64,000 nucleotides of DNA from Candidatus Latescibacterota bacterium (GCA_965242865.1 CBDETK010000013.1:3936001-4000000), one strand, 5' to 3'; shown: positions 49,491 through 59,244, counted from the stretch's first letter. Program-made: numbers and translations. The notes: generated by a model from the sequence alone, not told the origin.

Positions 49491-50645
49491 TTAACACTCG
49501 CTTTCGTCCCCGGCAAAATCCAAGTTAGCCACCCTAACCCCCCGCTGATGTTCATACGCCTCATCTACCGGCGCAATGATCCAAGCACTTTCCGGCTGCA
49601 AATCGCCGACCAACTCAAAGAACCCCCGCGATGGCCTAGGTGCTTTTGAGAACTTGCATTCAAAAACCACCGTCCTATTCCCTCGTTGCATTACCAGATC
49701 GATCTCCGCCCCGTTGCCCGTGCGGATAAACGACGGCCGCCAACGGGGCAGGGCAGCAATCAGATGCTCCAAGACCAAGCCTTCCCATGAAGCACCGACT
49801 AGCGGATGCCCGAGCAACTGGTCGTACCTTTCGATTTCGAGCAACGCATGCAAAATGCCGCTGTCTCTTACATACACTTTGGGCGAGCGGATCAAGCGTT
49901 TCTTCAGATTCGCCTCGCAGGGAGGCAAGAGGCGAATCATATACGTTTGCTCGAGAACGGCGAGGTACTTCTTTAGAGTCGGCACCGACACATCAACCGC
50001 TCCGGCCAGCTTGCTGTAATTGATCGTCTGGCCGTGGTAATGCGCCAGCATCTGCCATAGCCGCTGCACCACAGGCACCGGAAGAGTCAGGCCGAGGGCG
50101 GGAATGTCCCGCTCCAAAAAGGTCTGGATAAAGTCCTGACGCCAAGCGAAGCTATCCTCGGAATCTCCAGAGAGCAGGCTATCGGGAAACCCTCCGCGGA
50201 CCCACAGCGTTTGCCAATCGGCGACCTGACTCGTCTCGGACCGCAAAAACGGCGTCAACCGCAAATAGGCGATGCGGCCGGCCAGCGATTCGCTCGACTG
50301 TTGGATCAATTCCCGCGATGCCGAGCCGAGAATCAAAAAGCGCCCCGGACGCCGGTCGCGATCAATTTCGGAGCGCAATACGACAAAGAATTCCGGCAGG
50401 CACTGAATCTCATCCAGACACACCAGTTCTTGGCGATGTCGCTCGAGAAAGAGTTCGGGTTCGGCGAGTCTGTTGCGATCAATGCGGTTCTGTAAATCGA
50501 GATGGACCACGGACTGTCCTTTCAAATAGTGGCGGGCCAGTGTTGATTTACCGCATTGACGGGGACCGAGGATTGCAACGGCAGGGGAACGCCCCAAGGC
50601 TCGTTTTAACTCAGATTCTGCATTTCTCGGTAAATATCCATGCAA
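49491..50645 (-). CDS. AAA_14 + DUF4143 ATPase
   Basis: GPRQCGKST, LDEIQ, LGSAS, RGGFP, PKVYVRDSG, EIDLV..FECK; start placed at TTG 50645 (uncertain). Confidence 0.9.
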   Translation of the reverse strand: MHGYLPRNAESELKRALGRSPAVAILGPRQCGKSTLARHYLKGQSVVHLDLQNRIDRNRLAEPELFLERHRQELVCLDEIQCLPEFFVVLRSEIDRDRRPGRFLILGSASRELIQQSSESLAGRIAYLRLTPFLRSETSQVADWQTLWVRGGFPDSLLSGDSEDSFAWRQDFIQTFLERDIPALGLTLPVPVVQRLWQMLAHYHGQTINYSKLAGAVDVSVPTLKKYLAVLEQTYMIRLLPPCEANLKKRLIRSPKVYVRDSGILHALLEIERYDQLLGHPLVGASWEGLVLEHLIAALPRWRPSFIRTGNGAEIDLVMQRGNRTVVFECKFSKAPRPSRGFFELVGDLQPESAWIIAPVDEAYEHQRGVRVANLDFAGDESEC

Positions 50646-50812
50646 TTTGCTAACATCCTTTATCGTTTTGCATGGATAATAGCCGAATTGGGACAAAGTT
50701 TCAAGTAGGGCCGCTCTTCTTTTATTATATTGAGACGCACCCCAACGGCGTCGCCGCGCCCCACCTGCGCGGCCGATAAAGCAAGGGTCGCATACTTAGG
50801 CATTGGAGCACT

Positions 50813-51721
50813 ATGAACGCTAACGACCGCGTCTTCTTCGGGCAGACCGATCTACAGGTCTCGCGCTTGTGCCAAGGCACCGCCTTCCGCCATCTGCCCC
50901 GCGCCGACAGCCCCCAGTCCCTAGCCGTGCTCCACCACTGCTTGGACCGCGGCGTCAACTTTTTCGACACTGCCCAAGCCTACGGTTGGGGTGGGGCCGA
51001 GGAGGTGCTGGGGCGGGCGGTCGCAGGTCGGCGCGACGAGGTCGTTATTTGCACCAAGGTTCCGGCGTCGCTGGCCGCTGGAAAGCGCGTCCCCTACACT
51101 CGCGCCCAGCTCACCGGTCGCCTCGAAGAAAGCCTGCGCCGCCTCCGCACCTCCTACGTCGATCTCTACCTGTTGCACCACCGCGACGGGGATACGCCGC
51201 CGGAGGCCATCGTCGAGGTCATGGAGGACTTGGTGCAGGCCGGCAAGGCCCGCTACTGGGGCGTCTCCAACCACCGCGCCGCCGAGGTCGAAGCCTTGCT
51301 CGCCCTCGCCCCGGTCGCCGGCGTTGAGGACTACTACAATATCGCCGGCAGCCATTGCGACGAAGCCGGTCGGTCGCGCGTGGCGATCTACGAGGAGGAA
51401 ATGCTGCCGCTGCTGCGGCGCACCGGCCTAGGGTGCTTAGCCTTCAGCCCGCTGGACACCGGCCTCCTAATCCGCCCCAACACCCCGGCCCTCGCCGCTT
51501 TGGTTGCGGCCATAGACCAAGTTGCTGCCGACTTGGGCACCGCCCGCGCGGCCGTCTGCGTCGCTTGGGTCCTGCATCAGGGCCTTACCTGTGTGCTCGC
51601 GGGTGCCGAGAGCATCGCGCACGTCAACGCCAATCTCCAAGGGACCGACCTCCACCTTCCCGCGGACGCCCTCGCCGCCCTCAACCAAGCGCGTCAGACT
51701 TACCGCGCCAGCCTCCCGTGA
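50813..51721 (+). CDS. Aldo/keto reductase
   Basis: FFDTAQAYG, ICTK, VDLYLLH, GVSN, FSPL. Confidence 0.9.
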   Translation: MNANDRVFFGQTDLQVSRLCQGTAFRHLPRADSPQSLAVLHHCLDRGVNFFDTAQAYGWGGAEEVLGRAVAGRRDEVVICTKVPASLAAGKRVPYTRAQLTGRLEESLRRLRTSYVDLYLLHHRDGDTPPEAIVEVMEDLVQAGKARYWGVSNHRAAEVEALLALAPVAGVEDYYNIAGSHCDEAGRSRVAIYEEEMLPLLRRTGLGCLAFSPLDTGLLIRPNTPALAALVAAIDQVAADLGTARAAVCVAWVLHQGLTCVLAGAESIAHVNANLQGTDLHLPADALAALNQARQTYRASLP

Positions 51722-52599
51722 ACATCGTCGATGCCCATATCCACGTCTGGTCCTCGGACTTCGACCGGTATCCACTGGCCCCCGGCTTTGCGCCCGCGGA
51801 CTTGTGGCTGCCCTCCTTTACGCCCGCCGACCACTTTGCGTATAGCCGCAAGGTCGGCAAGGTCCGCCTCAACCTAGTGCAGATGACTTGGTACGGCCTC
51901 GACCACCGCTACATCCTCGACCTGATCGCCGCGGACCCTGAGACCTACGCGGGCACCGGCATTGTCCCGGGGGTCTCCGACGTGTCGCTGGCCGATCCGG
52001 GCAAGGCCATGCTCGCCTTGGCCGAGGGCGGCATTTGTGCCTTTCGCGTGCGCGGCGGCAAGACGGGGCGTCCGACCGCCTTTGGCCGGTTGGACCGCTG
52101 GCTCGACTATCCGGGCTATGAATCGATGTTCCGCACCGGGGCCGAGCACAATCTGGCCCTCAGCTTCCTCATGGGACTCGCGGACCTACCCGGGCTGGTC
52201 CGCCTCTGCCGCCGCTTCCCGGAGACCCCGGTCATCCTCGACCATCTCTGCGGGGTGCGCCTCCGCGACGGCGTCTGGCCCGAAGGCGACATCCGCACCC
52301 TCTGTGCCATGGCTCGCTACCCGCGCGTCATGGTCAAGCTCGGTCCGTTCCAAGCCCTCGGCAACGGCGAGGCCCCCTATCTAGACCTCCTGCCCCTCAT
52401 CAAGCGCGTCGTCGATGCCTTTGGCCCGGAGCGCGTCATGTGGGAAAGCGACAGCGGCGGCCCCGTCCGCATGAAAAACCCCGCAAACGACTTTGCCGCG
52501 GCCATAGCCCTGATCCGCGACCACGCCGATTTTCTCAGCCAAGGCGACAAGGAATACATCCTCGGCAAGACGGCCGAGGACTTCTTCTTTAACCGCTAA
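51718..52599 (+). CDS. Amidohydrolase_2 family protein (lactonase-like)
   Basis: IVDAHIHVW, ILDH, FGPERVMWESD; GTGA overlap with the AKR. Confidence 0.88.
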   Translation: MNIVDAHIHVWSSDFDRYPLAPGFAPADLWLPSFTPADHFAYSRKVGKVRLNLVQMTWYGLDHRYILDLIAADPETYAGTGIVPGVSDVSLADPGKAMLALAEGGICAFRVRGGKTGRPTAFGRLDRWLDYPGYESMFRTGAEHNLALSFLMGLADLPGLVRLCRRFPETPVILDHLCGVRLRDGVWPEGDIRTLCAMARYPRVMVKLGPFQALGNGEAPYLDLLPLIKRVVDAFGPERVMWESDSGGPVRMKNPANDFAAAIALIRDHADFLSQGDKEYILGKTAEDFFFNR

Positions 52600-52707
52600 A
52601 CCACCAGCGTTTGCGGAGCAGACCGCTTCTGAGGATTGCCGTAGAAGTACAGGTTGCGGCTTCTGCGTTTAGGCTTTTATTTAACGACGGCAAAGAACCT
52701 ACAATCA

Positions 52708-52845
52708 GGGGCGGCCCCCCGTGCCTGCCCGTTAGAATTCCGTTGGGGCAGGCCCCCGTGCCTGCCCGTTAGAATTTCGTTGGGGCAGGCCCCCGTGCCT
52801 GCCCGTTAAAATTTCGTTGGGGCAGGCCCCCGTGCCTGCCCGTTA
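52708..52845 (+). repeat. REP-like tandem array: 4 x GGGGCAGGCCCCCGTGCCTGCCCG, period 37 bp
   Basis: Units at 52708, 52745, 52782, 52819; GGGCAGGC/GCCTGCCC stem; near-identical 13-bp linkers. Confidence 0.88.
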
Positions 52846-52970
52846 CAGCGGCCCATTTGGGGTTGGCAGATGAACGAGACGATGGTTAAGCATTTCACAT
52901 CAAGCAGGGGCCTTGCTGTGGGACAAAACCCTGTTGAGTGCTTGGATTCATCGTCGGATTTAATGTGTCG

Positions 52971-53020
52971 TAAGTCCTTGAAAAACAACAACTTACCCCC
53001 CCCCCCCCCCTCCCCCCCCC
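52971..53020. promoter_or_regulatory. Palindrome TAAGT-cc-TTG-N5-CAA-ca-ACTTA (IHF-box-like) followed by C15-T-C9
   Basis: Read directly from the sequence; function inferred. Confidence 0.45.
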
Positions 53021-53373
53021 GAAAATTCTCCGCTAGCACCAAGCACTAAGCTCTCTACTTCTCAGCATAGGCCGACGGATTGTGCGCGGCTGTTGGGCGG
53101 CGCGTCGGTCTGGTCGCACGACCCCAAGCGCACACTACCGTGCGGCCTTTGTGCTGATCCACCTTTACAGCACCACCCCCGCAATCAGTCTGCCAAGGAC
53201 CGAGAGCGGAATCTCTTCGACCCAGACACCGCGAGAACACTAGCAAAGGCGCACCCACAGCAAGGGGCGCGTCCTGAGCGCTCCAAGTATAGCCCTAGGG
53301 CTAGCTCTGCCTCTTTCGGTGCGTCATGCCTCTCTTCCAGTTTCCACACCATATCCATACAAAGGAGCAAAAA

Positions 53374-55086
53374 ATGTCTTCGTTGAAATCGATGAAAACC
53401 CTGCTTGCGTTCGTCCTTTTGGGCATCGTCGCTGCTTGGATGGGCTGCTCAGACTCCGCGCCGGTGGCCTCTCGGCCGGCGGGCAAAGCCACCTGTTCCT
53501 TATGCGAATTCTTGGGCGACGACACCTATACCGCTACCGATGGGCTGCCCGCCCCCGAAAGCCCTGACACCACCCAAACCGACGCTGACGCCGACGCCGA
53601 TAGCACACAGACCGACGCTGATGCTGACAGCACCCAATCGGCCACCGTGGAGTTTGCCGACGCCAATCTGGAGCGAGCGGTGCGGGAGGCGTTGGACCGC
53701 CCGCAAGGGCCGATTACCCCGGCGGACTTAGCGGCCCTAACCGAACTCGACGCTAGCTATAAAAACATTGAGAGCGTGGCCGGCCTCGAACACGCGACAG
53801 CACTGACAACGCTGTATCTGCGGGGCAACGCGATTACGGACGTCAGCCCGTTGGCCAGTCTGACCAATCTGCACACGCTGTCGCTGTGGGGGAACAAGGT
53901 GGCGGATGCGAGCCCGCTGGCCAGCCTGATCAGCTTGCGCAAGCTGGATATGTGGGGCAACGAGATTACCGACGTGCAGCCGTTAGCTCGCCTAACGAAC
54001 CTGCAATTTCTCCAGCTAGGAGACAACGAGATTGCGGATGTCAGTCCCTTGGCCAGCCTGACCAACCTGCAATGGCTGGGCGTGATGGAAAACGCCCTCA
54101 GCCAGCACGCGGCCAACCAACAACTCGCCGCCGCGATAACAAGCGGCCTCCGCGTCGTAGCGGTGATCGAAAAATACCCCCGCGTCGAAACCATCCAAGT
54201 CTATCCAGAACCGGAACCGACGGGACCGACAGAACCAATCCGCGAACTGATCGCCCTATACTGGACGGACTATACCGCGGGTACGATTCAGCGTGCCGAC
54301 CCGGATGGCACAGACGTCACAACCGTCGTCACCATCACGGGATCGAATCCATCGGGCATCGCACTGGATCTAGAGAACAGAAAGGTGTACTGGGCGGACG
54401 CTGGCGGGCATAAAATTAAGCGGGCCGACCTCGATGGCTCAGGCGTCGAAACCCTCATCATGGGATTGAGTGGTCCATCGGGCATCGCGCTGGATGTGGC
54501 GGGCGGAAAGATGTACTGGGCGGAAACGAGCGGGAGAAAAATTCAGCGGGCCAACCTCGATGGCATAGGCGGTGCCGAAGACCTCACCAACGCAGACATG
54601 GAATTGAGTTTTCCAGCGGGCATCGCGCTGGATGTGGTGGGCGGAAAGATGTACTGGACGGACCAAGGGTCGGATAAAATTCAGCGGGCCAACCTCGATG
54701 GCTCAGGCGTCGAAACCCTCGTCACCTTAGAGAGCGTTTCGGCGGATGCGTTGCTTACTCCAGTGCGCATCGCGCTGGACCTGTGGGGCAGAAAGATGTA
54801 CTGGACGGACCAAGGCGCGTCGGAGACCCCGAACTCAGTAAAAATTCAGTATGCCAACCTCGATGGCTCAGACGTAGAAACCCTCGTCAACACGGGATTG
54901 GTTGAGCCATTTGGCATCGCGCTGGGGCCGCCGGATGAGGCGGGCGAAAAAAAGATGTACTGGGCGGACTATGGCACGGATAAAATTGAGTATGCCAACC
55001 TCAATGGCTCAGAAAGGAGAACCCTCATCGACATGGCCGACTTAGGATTGACGCTTCCATCGACCATCGCGCTGGAGATTCGGTAG
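53374..55086 (+). CDS. Lipoprotein with internalin-type LRRs and LDL-receptor class B (YWTD) beta-propeller
   Basis: Lipobox-like WMGC; DVSPLASLTNL repeats; six YWTD/YWAD/YWAE repeats with IQRANLDG; RBS AAGGAG. Confidence 0.88.
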   Translation: MSSLKSMKTLLAFVLLGIVAAWMGCSDSAPVASRPAGKATCSLCEFLGDDTYTATDGLPAPESPDTTQTDADADADSTQTDADADSTQSATVEFADANLERAVREALDRPQGPITPADLAALTELDASYKNIESVAGLEHATALTTLYLRGNAITDVSPLASLTNLHTLSLWGNKVADASPLASLISLRKLDMWGNEITDVQPLARLTNLQFLQLGDNEIADVSPLASLTNLQWLGVMENALSQHAANQQLAAAITSGLRVVAVIEKYPRVETIQVYPEPEPTGPTEPIRELIALYWTDYTAGTIQRADPDGTDVTTVVTITGSNPSGIALDLENRKVYWADAGGHKIKRADLDGSGVETLIMGLSGPSGIALDVAGGKMYWAETSGRKIQRANLDGIGGAEDLTNADMELSFPAGIALDVVGGKMYWTDQGSDKIQRANLDGSGVETLVTLESVSADALLTPVRIALDLWGRKMYWTDQGASETPNSVKIQYANLDGSDVETLVNTGLVEPFGIALGPPDEAGEKKMYWADYGTDKIEYANLNGSERRTLIDMADLGLTLPSTIALEIR

Positions 55087-55213
55087 GCATGGAAATAGAC
55101 CCGTCTGGGCAGACAACGTGGCCTAGAAACAGTGCTTGTCAAAGGGAGCTTTTTTACTAGATTACCCCAGCACTCAATCAATCTCCTCCATCGCTCGCAA
55201 AGGAGTCTCAATC

Positions 55214-56020
55214 GTGAAAATCGGCCTCTACGCCTCCATGTTCGGCAAAGACGATCCACCCGCCCTGCAGAGCATCGAAAGTTACATCGCCCACGCCTAC
55301 GACCTCCGTCTCGACTTGATCGACTTCCGCCGCGACCGCGGCTTTAGCTCCGAAGACGCTTCCTACCTGATCGAGACCAAGCTGGCCTGCATCGAAAAGG
55401 GGCTTGCCATCGGCTACTTGGCTTCCGGTGGGCACTTTGTCGGCAGCGACGAAGACCTGCGCGACAAGGTCGCCACCGCCAAGGCCGACATGGACATCGC
55501 GCTGATTTTGGGCGCACCCATGATCCGCCTGTTCTGCGGCCAGCCCCTCACCGACCCGCAGGAGCGCGCCCGCGAAATTCGCTGTTTTCAAGAAGTGGCC
55601 GACTACGGCCTCGAAATAGGCATCGCCATCGGCTTGCAGAACCACCCCTCCACCGGCGACGACGTCATCCGCATCATTGAAGAAACCGACCGGCCCAACT
55701 TTAGCTTTCTGCTCGACACCGGCCAGTGGTGTGGTTCGCCGGCCCGCAACCGCGGCCTTCCCGACCCAGATCACGACATCTACGCTTACATGCAGCAGAC
55801 CGCCCACCTAGCCACCCACGTCCGCGCCAAGTTCTACAAGATCGACAGCGGCAAGGAGGAGTGGATCGATTACGAGCGCATCGTCCCCATCCTCGCCGAG
55901 GCCGAGTACAACGGGCCGCTCTCGGTCGTCTTTGAGGGCCAAGCCATCAACGATTGCGACGACAAAGAAGTCGTGCGCTTGGCGGCCGCCCACCTGCGGG
56001 AGGTGACGGCCCGGCTCTAG
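55214..56020 (+). CDS. Sugar-phosphate isomerase/epimerase (TIM barrel)
   Basis: LGAPMIRLF, LQNH, LLDTG, YNGPLSVVFEG. Confidence 0.85.
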   Translation: MKIGLYASMFGKDDPPALQSIESYIAHAYDLRLDLIDFRRDRGFSSEDASYLIETKLACIEKGLAIGYLASGGHFVGSDEDLRDKVATAKADMDIALILGAPMIRLFCGQPLTDPQERAREIRCFQEVADYGLEIGIAIGLQNHPSTGDDVIRIIEETDRPNFSFLLDTGQWCGSPARNRGLPDPDHDIYAYMQQTAHLATHVRAKFYKIDSGKEEWIDYERIVPILAEAEYNGPLSVVFEGQAINDCDDKEVVRLAAAHLREVTARL

Positions 56021-56046
56021 GTACTGTTCAAGGGGCTATGCCAAGA

Positions 56047-56685
56047 CTACACGTTACCCGACTGTTGGTGTTGTGTAGTTAGGGCGGAGGTACGTTCCCA
56101 AGTTCGCGCAACCAACGGCACAGTATTACTCCCAGGGGCATTCGAGGCAATGTGCTGCGACAGAGACTCGATACTGAGATGGATCGCCCTACGGCTTCGA
56201 TGGTATAGAGCCTGAACCAACAGGCTGCATAGCTCATACGCTACGTATAGCATCAGAATGGGAGCACCGGTTGTGATGTGCCAAAATACCGATAGCATCA
56301 TGCGTTGATAAATGTCCTGCACGAACTTCCTGTATTCTTCGTTGTGCAAGGCTGCTAATTGATCGTCCAAATCATCAGAAAAAGGTCGTTCTTCTCGCGA
56401 GTCTTTTCTCAACCCCCAATAGGCCGCCAGCACTCCCCAAATACTCACTCGATGACCGTGACGCAATAATCCATTGAGGGTTTGCCGCATCGTCACATAC
56501 GAGGGAGTGTCTAAGGGAATGCCCATACTGTGGGTCTTTATAAAAAGCAAATCTCGCAACACAAATAGCTTGTGTCGCAGTAGGTCGATCCGAAATTTGC
56601 GGTATCCCCAAAAGTAAATTATCCACCCAATTAATACATAAATCACCAGCCTGATACCGGCGATCGCTTCCATTTCAGTAGTCAT
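56047..56685 (-). CDS. Hypothetical membrane protein
   Basis: 212-aa AT-rich ORF with 2-3 hydrophobic helices; ATGA-coupled to the upstream gene. Confidence 0.7.
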   Translation of the reverse strand: MTTEMEAIAGIRLVIYVLIGWIIYFWGYRKFRIDLLRHKLFVLRDLLFIKTHSMGIPLDTPSYVTMRQTLNGLLRHGHRVSIWGVLAAYWGLRKDSREERPFSDDLDDQLAALHNEEYRKFVQDIYQRMMLSVFWHITTGAPILMLYVAYELCSLLVQALYHRSRRAIHLSIESLSQHIASNAPGSNTVPLVARTWERTSALTTQHQQSGNV

Positions 56686-57110
56686 GGCTCGTCCTCCGGA
56701 TGTGTGTCCCCTGTTTCCGTCAGGTTACTAGATGTGCGGTTGGGATCTATGTGCTTTTCAAGTTCCTTTGTATATGCTGCTCTATGCTTTGTGTTTCTTT
56801 TTCGCAGTCTGCGCTCTCTTATCGCCCAAAGAGTTGTACCGCCTGTGAGCAAGTATAAAATACCTCTGTCAAGTTTTAAGTCGGTAATAGCTTTGAGTGC
56901 AATATCTGTAGCAGTGGTTTTGCCGGCTAGACTATCTACCATTAAATACAAGAAATAGAAACATACAATGATACCTACCCAACGTATCAGCCCATTAAAA
57001 ATCCCCCCAATAATGTCCCATTTTTTATAGTATTTGGCCCATTCAAGCTCGGCATTAGTTCGCGATCTTTCTGAAAAACCTTCACCCTTGCGACGACGAC
57101 GTTTCGCCAT
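56682..57110 (-). CDS. Hypothetical membrane protein with basic N-terminus
   Basis: RBS AAGGAG, MAKRRRRK, two hydrophobic segments. Confidence 0.72.
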   Translation of the reverse strand: MAKRRRRKGEGFSERSRTNAELEWAKYYKKWDIIGGIFNGLIRWVGIIVCFYFLYLMVDSLAGKTTATDIALKAITDLKLDRGILYLLTGGTTLWAIRERRLRKRNTKHRAAYTKELEKHIDPNRTSSNLTETGDTHPEDEP

Positions 57111-57123
57111 ATCTAACTCCTTA

Positions 57124-57268
57124 GAAGCGTTCTTAAAACTAGGGTTTCGGTCGCTCAATCGGCCCAAAATATCTAGGACCGAGGGCGTCTCGCCTTATGA
57201 AAAACGTTGGACGCCAAGGCCGCTCAACAGCCCTACCCAGCGTCCAACGGGGGTCTTAAAAACGCTTC
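57124..57268. mobile_element. 145-bp MITE with 16-bp terminal inverted repeats and TTA target duplication
   Basis: TTA-GAAGCGTTCTTAAAAC ... GTCTTAAAAACGCTTC-TTA (14/16 match); internal CGTTGGACGC/GCGTCCAACG inverted repeat. Confidence 0.7.
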
Positions 57269-57339
57269 TTATCCTTATTGTTGAGAATATATGCTGGACG
57301 TTGGACCCGATCAACTTTGGGATGTTGTCAGGCAGGCAC

Positions 57340-58221
57340 TCACCCCCCACCTAACCCCTCGTGGGCGTAGTGCCAGTCCTCCAAATGGTTGAGCAACACG
57401 CCTGCAGTCCAAGTCGGGGGACGCTGCAAGGTGGCGTGGATCTCGGCCTGCTTGGCGGCGATGTGATCGCGCTCGAGCAGGCGTTGGTTGAAGGCCGCTA
57501 TTGCCTCTTCCTCGATAGTGCCCTCCCGTCGCACCCAGTCCTCGAAAGCGAGATAGGTCGGCAGCTCTTCGCGGAGCAACGTTAGGGCCGCGTCTTGATC
57601 CACCTGCAAGGTCTGCAAGCAGCGCTGGTCGAGGCTGCCCTCGGCGCAGTCCGGGTAGTCGGGATGCAGCAGGCTCTGGGCACGCAGGCAGGTCTTGAGC
57701 CAAGTACGGGGAAGCTGACAGACGCCCAACGGGCCTCGGTCAATGCTGCTGAGGGTTGGGGCCACAGGCCCGGACAGGCCCGGGACATCAGGCGCGAAGA
57801 CGCGACGATGGAAAAGGTGCCAATCCTGTAGGCAGTTGAGCAACACGGCCGATACTTCGGTCGTCTCCTCCGGCGACCAGCCTATATCCCGATAGGTCTC
57901 GTCAATTTTGGCCGGGATATAGTGAGTGCGCTGCACCAGCGACTTGTTCCAGCGTGCGATGCGGAGGGCCTCGCAGGAGCCTTCGGCCGCTACCCACTCC
58001 TCAAACTGTAGGTACGTAGGCCGCTGGTCCCACAAAAAGCGCAAGGCGCGCTCCTCGTCGAGACGCAGCACCTCCAGCACGTATTTGTCGAGACCGCGGC
58101 TGCAAAAGGGATAGTCCTCGTCGAGTTGTCCGGCTTGGTGGAGGCGGTTTTTCCACCACAGACGCGGCAGTTGGGCCACGCCTAGCGGGCCTTGACAGAG
58201 GGTGCTGACCAATGGGATCAC
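57340..58221 (-). CDS. Internally duplicated DUF5069-like protein
   Basis: GPLGVxQLPRxWxK..DY..LD..PTYLxFExWV..LxDWH occurs twice. Confidence 0.65.
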   Translation of the reverse strand: MIPLVSTLCQGPLGVAQLPRLWWKNRLHQAGQLDEDYPFCSRGLDKYVLEVLRLDEERALRFLWDQRPTYLQFEEWVAAEGSCEALRIARWNKSLVQRTHYIPAKIDETYRDIGWSPEETTEVSAVLLNCLQDWHLFHRRVFAPDVPGLSGPVAPTLSSIDRGPLGVCQLPRTWLKTCLRAQSLLHPDYPDCAEGSLDQRCLQTLQVDQDAALTLLREELPTYLAFEDWVRREGTIEEEAIAAFNQRLLERDHIAAKQAEIHATLQRPPTWTAGVLLNHLEDWHYAHEGLGGG

Positions 58222-58233
58222 GGGTTGCTCCTT

Positions 58234-59088
58234 TCAGGTGGCCGCCAACTCAAACAGCGGCGCGTTCCCCTCGGCGCGGCCCCGCAAGTCTTCCACTTCG
58301 GCGGCCGTGAGCGGCGCGAGGCGGTCGGCCATGTCCAAGGCCATTGCAAAGAGGGGGGCCTCACCGGGCGGCAGGGCGGCGGTGATGGGTTGCGATAGGG
58401 CGAAGCGCAGGGCCAGTTCGGCTAATGCGGGATCGTCAATGGGATCGTACCAGCATTTGGCGTAGCGTTTCGTCGCCCCTTGGGGCAGGCGCGAGCGGGC
58501 CATGGCTTTGAGCGCTAGGCAGGCGACGCCGCGCTCTTGAGCCTTGGCCACGACTTGGGGGCCGAAGTCGGCTTGGAAGTAGTTGACCCAGTTGACCGGG
58601 AAGAGCACTGAGTCAAAGGGGAAATAGTCCAGCAGTTGCAGGGCGATTTCGGCCGAGTGGGCTGAAAAACCGATATAGCGCACCAAGCCTTGGTCGCGGG
58701 CCTCCACGAACGCGGCTAAGGCGCCGTCGGGGGCTGTCGCCACGGCGAAATCCTCGGCTGTCGTCATGGCGTGCAACTGGTACAGATCGAAGTGATCGGT
58801 GCGCAGGGTTTTGAGAGATTGGCGCAACTCGGCCGCGGCGCCGGTTCGCGTGCGCTCGGTAGTCTTGCAGGCGAGGAATACGTCGCGGCGAAACGGCTCC
58901 AAGGCCGGTCCCAGACGCTCCTCGGCGTTGCCGTAGGTCGGAGCCACGTCAAAGTAATTGACGCCGCGCTCGACCGCTCGCCGCACTAAGCGGGCGGCCT
59001 CGGCCGCTTCCACTTGGCTGACGACGATGCCGCCAAAGCCGAGTACGGAAAGGTGCTCCCCCGTGGTGCCGTAGGGACGTCGCTGCAT
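58234..59088 (-). CDS. Aldo/keto reductase
   Basis: RBS AGGAG before ATG 59088; LSVLGFGG, YFDVAPTYG, LACKT, FDLYQLH. Confidence 0.9.
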   Translation of the reverse strand: MQRRPYGTTGEHLSVLGFGGIVVSQVEAAEAARLVRRAVERGVNYFDVAPTYGNAEERLGPALEPFRRDVFLACKTTERTRTGAAAELRQSLKTLRTDHFDLYQLHAMTTAEDFAVATAPDGALAAFVEARDQGLVRYIGFSAHSAEIALQLLDYFPFDSVLFPVNWVNYFQADFGPQVVAKAQERGVACLALKAMARSRLPQGATKRYAKCWYDPIDDPALAELALRFALSQPITAALPPGEAPLFAMALDMADRLAPLTAAEVEDLRGRAEGNAPLFELAAT

Positions 59089-59123
59089 GGGTCTTCTCCT
59101 ATTTTTTAGTGGAATTCTACAGG

Positions 59124-59231
59124 TTAGTTGGCGTCTTGCAACGTCGAAGCACCGCTGGTTGAGACGCTGCCTCCCGACGAACCGCTCAGTGCCAAGAGCA
59201 TTGCTATCGCGATTAGATTCGTCTGCCGCAT
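59124..59231 (-). pseudogene. 35-aa signal-peptide-like ORF, probable 5' stub of a secreted protein
   Basis: RBS GAGGAGG; MRQTNLIAIAMLLALSGSSGG..*. Confidence 0.4.
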
Positions 59232-59244
59232 GAGAAACCTCCTC

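Noticed and set aside
51355-52599. 414-aa ORF
   Set aside because: The extension overlaps the AKR; the amidohydrolase starts at GTG 51718.
52708-52845. CRISPR array
   Set aside because: Linkers are only 13 bp and nearly identical, and no cas genes are present; it fits a REP-like tandem.
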